DNA of 64,000 bases from an uncultured Nitrospiraceae bacterium (GTDB lineage Bacteria; Nitrospirota; Thermodesulfovibrionia; Thermodesulfovibrionales; Dissulfurispiraceae): contig CAVSHF010000003.1 in NCBI GenBank assembly GCA_963727805.1, positions 224,001-288,000 of the forward strand, given 5' to 3'. The notes beneath the pieces were generated by a model. The model did not search any database and was not told the origin of the DNA. It saw only the letters and a program-made list of their open reading frames with translations. A program made the position numbers and the translations under genes. Of the stretch, positions 63,701 through 64,000 are shown piece after piece. How positions within the stretch are numbered: position 1 is the stretch's first letter; each line of letters starts with the position of its first letter.

Positions 63701-64000
63701 CCAAGTCAAGCAGTGGAGGACGGTTGTACGGCGTTATGGACACCGATCGGTCATCGACTTATCATATTGGTGACTTGAAAGATATTACTTCTACGACATT
63801 TGTCAGTGGAAGCGACAATCAAAAGGGTTGGTATATCAATCTTTCGGGTACTGGGGAAAAATCACTCGCTGATCCTGTCATCTTCGCTCAAGTCCTATAT
63901 TTCTCCACCTATACACCATATCTTGGAACAGATCAATGTATGGCGGCCGGAACAGGGACATTGTACGCAATCAATTACTTATCCGGAGGTGCAGTGATTG
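60775..64000 (+). CDS. pilY1: PilY1/PilC-type pilus adhesin with vWA domain (3'-truncated by window)
   Basis: In-frame motifs from ATG 60775 to the window end: signal peptide, PNVLFILDNSNSM (MIDAS), TDGLP, WKGHLQKY, KLGDIFHS, GANDG, WSFIP, DYDNDG, YVGDMGGNIWRF, GWYINL, FSTYTP. Confidence 0.92.
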   Translation, partial: MKIKWFVISIAAISLFLSASVNADESDIFMSQIQPNVLFILDNSNSMDEDFYGNALGSYATGSKSVEARRSLINIVNAYVNNMRLGLMAYQLPSASKMYIHNSGYFISYDPRSYCPKPPSDCTNYCITGNIASKNACQTSCQAQNSLFDATYGFNGTDGDEIIQLPIGNALRTAYCPLVYPKTVSLPNPSDMTHNIYYAQALPFYDSGNDGIAFLYSPGYNALTQSNGAGQGPYNVYDIWINKTGTSDGSDTLANGYLNYWFATGLVPTDSDVAIGYYNFGRRLFWAYVGPTWFANSSPGGGYLHVAGNTNNQSTNTQLNALLAKLAMHENDQAGYMSCSNTGNPNSCPYIVNAGLTPTAGTLQSAINDFQGVSGYTSPITDHCQQNFVVYATDGLPSNDESGNSGSASSLMPAVLSKITALRSVSKSISGTSYNFDINTYVLGMGLTDSDKVLLDQMAVAGGADVGGHAYYADNSDQLTTNLNNVLANIIERAFSFTTTSVASSRFADENYLYEASFEPVNFNSFWKGHLQKYQINTDGSIGSMVWDAGSVLQSQLASSRNILTYESGTIQAFNTGNITRTDLGVSTDAQRDAIVGYVRGDPTYNPDNWKLGDIFHSNIISVGTPSSYWNDTRDHNVSSGMNAFTQFRANNQRTTANGKRIVLAGANDGQFHSFRASDGVEMWSFIPPNFLPKLSYLAHSSNPTTLTHQYFADGPVVVSDAWFGSGDGTSKNVSDWQTLAVFSVGRNDAIYDDTVASNSTKYWSSSPTCDAGLSDTYNSTTAPYYCGYYAFNFTNTLSPVSKWRLNTINPNGAALAPYLGEPWGKMAIGKVIISGNEKWVGFIGGGYNYCPGSTACTDNRGKGFYVVDLSNGSILWSYTGTTYSIAASPATVDYDNDGFIDTVYVGDMGGNIWRFNFCTSAQASGVGGCDTSGWSGGKLYAAPNGEAPIYTSVTGAKDSNGTQWIYWGTGDKVNPKSSSGGRLYGVMDTDRSSTYHIGDLKDITSTTFVSGSDNQKGWYINLSGTGEKSLADPVIFAQVLYFSTYTPYLGTDQCMAAGTGTLYAINYLSGGAVI

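Noticed and set aside
61531..63997. Short ORFs listed in the last 2.5 kb
   Set aside because: All lie within the pilY1 reading frame on other frames or the opposite strand
1..64000. CRISPR arrays, rRNA/tRNA genes, transposases, integrases, prophage or defence genes
   Set aside because: No spaced direct repeats, cloverleaf-like or rRNA-like segments, or matching ORFs were seen; nearly all space is filled by identified CDS

Overview
Chromosomal window from a diderm, probably anaerobic bacterium. The gene repertoire (RomR-like regulator, HEAT-CheR chemotaxis, RACo-type ASKHA ATPase, sigma54-driven pilin cluster) suggests Nitrospirota/Desulfobacterota; this is inference only. 1-36.3 kb is a large flagellar/chemotaxis cluster: fliI(partial)-fliJ-motE-like, fliK-flgD-flgE, fliLMN-fused fliO/P-fliQR-flhBA-flhFG-fliA, HEAT protein-cheR-cheY-cheY-cheA-fused cheW/cheZ-cheB-HDOD, flgFGAH-(four-helix bundle)-flgIJ-flgMNKL. 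A convergent minus-strand filament module follows. 36.5-55.8 kb is mostly housekeeping (greA, pyrKD, isc genes, romR-like, valS, nadC, purM, M23/bactofilin, moeA, ASKHA, LysM-NlpC/P60, scpB, dsbC). 55.8-64 kb holds a PilS/PilR-like pair and a type IV minor-pilin/pilY1 cluster; pilY1 runs off the window and is missing from the ORF track. Four sigma54 and four sigma28 promoter motifs are readable directly. The best candidate for an undescribed system is the sigma28-driven filament module at 32.2-36.3 kb. It has an alphaproteobacterial-style flagellin with FlbT/FlaF, coexisting with FliA/FlgM. No fliD/fliS/fliW/csrA is present in the locus, which instead carries a TPR + Ig-like protein and two unknown proteins. 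Other notable items: a CheW-CheZ fusion, a FliO-FliP fusion, an internally deleted FlgJ-M23 domain, DsbC with a CxxCH motif, a CTG-start kinase, candidate enhancer palindromes and two small palindromic insertions. All family calls come from motif recognition by eye; no database searches were run.
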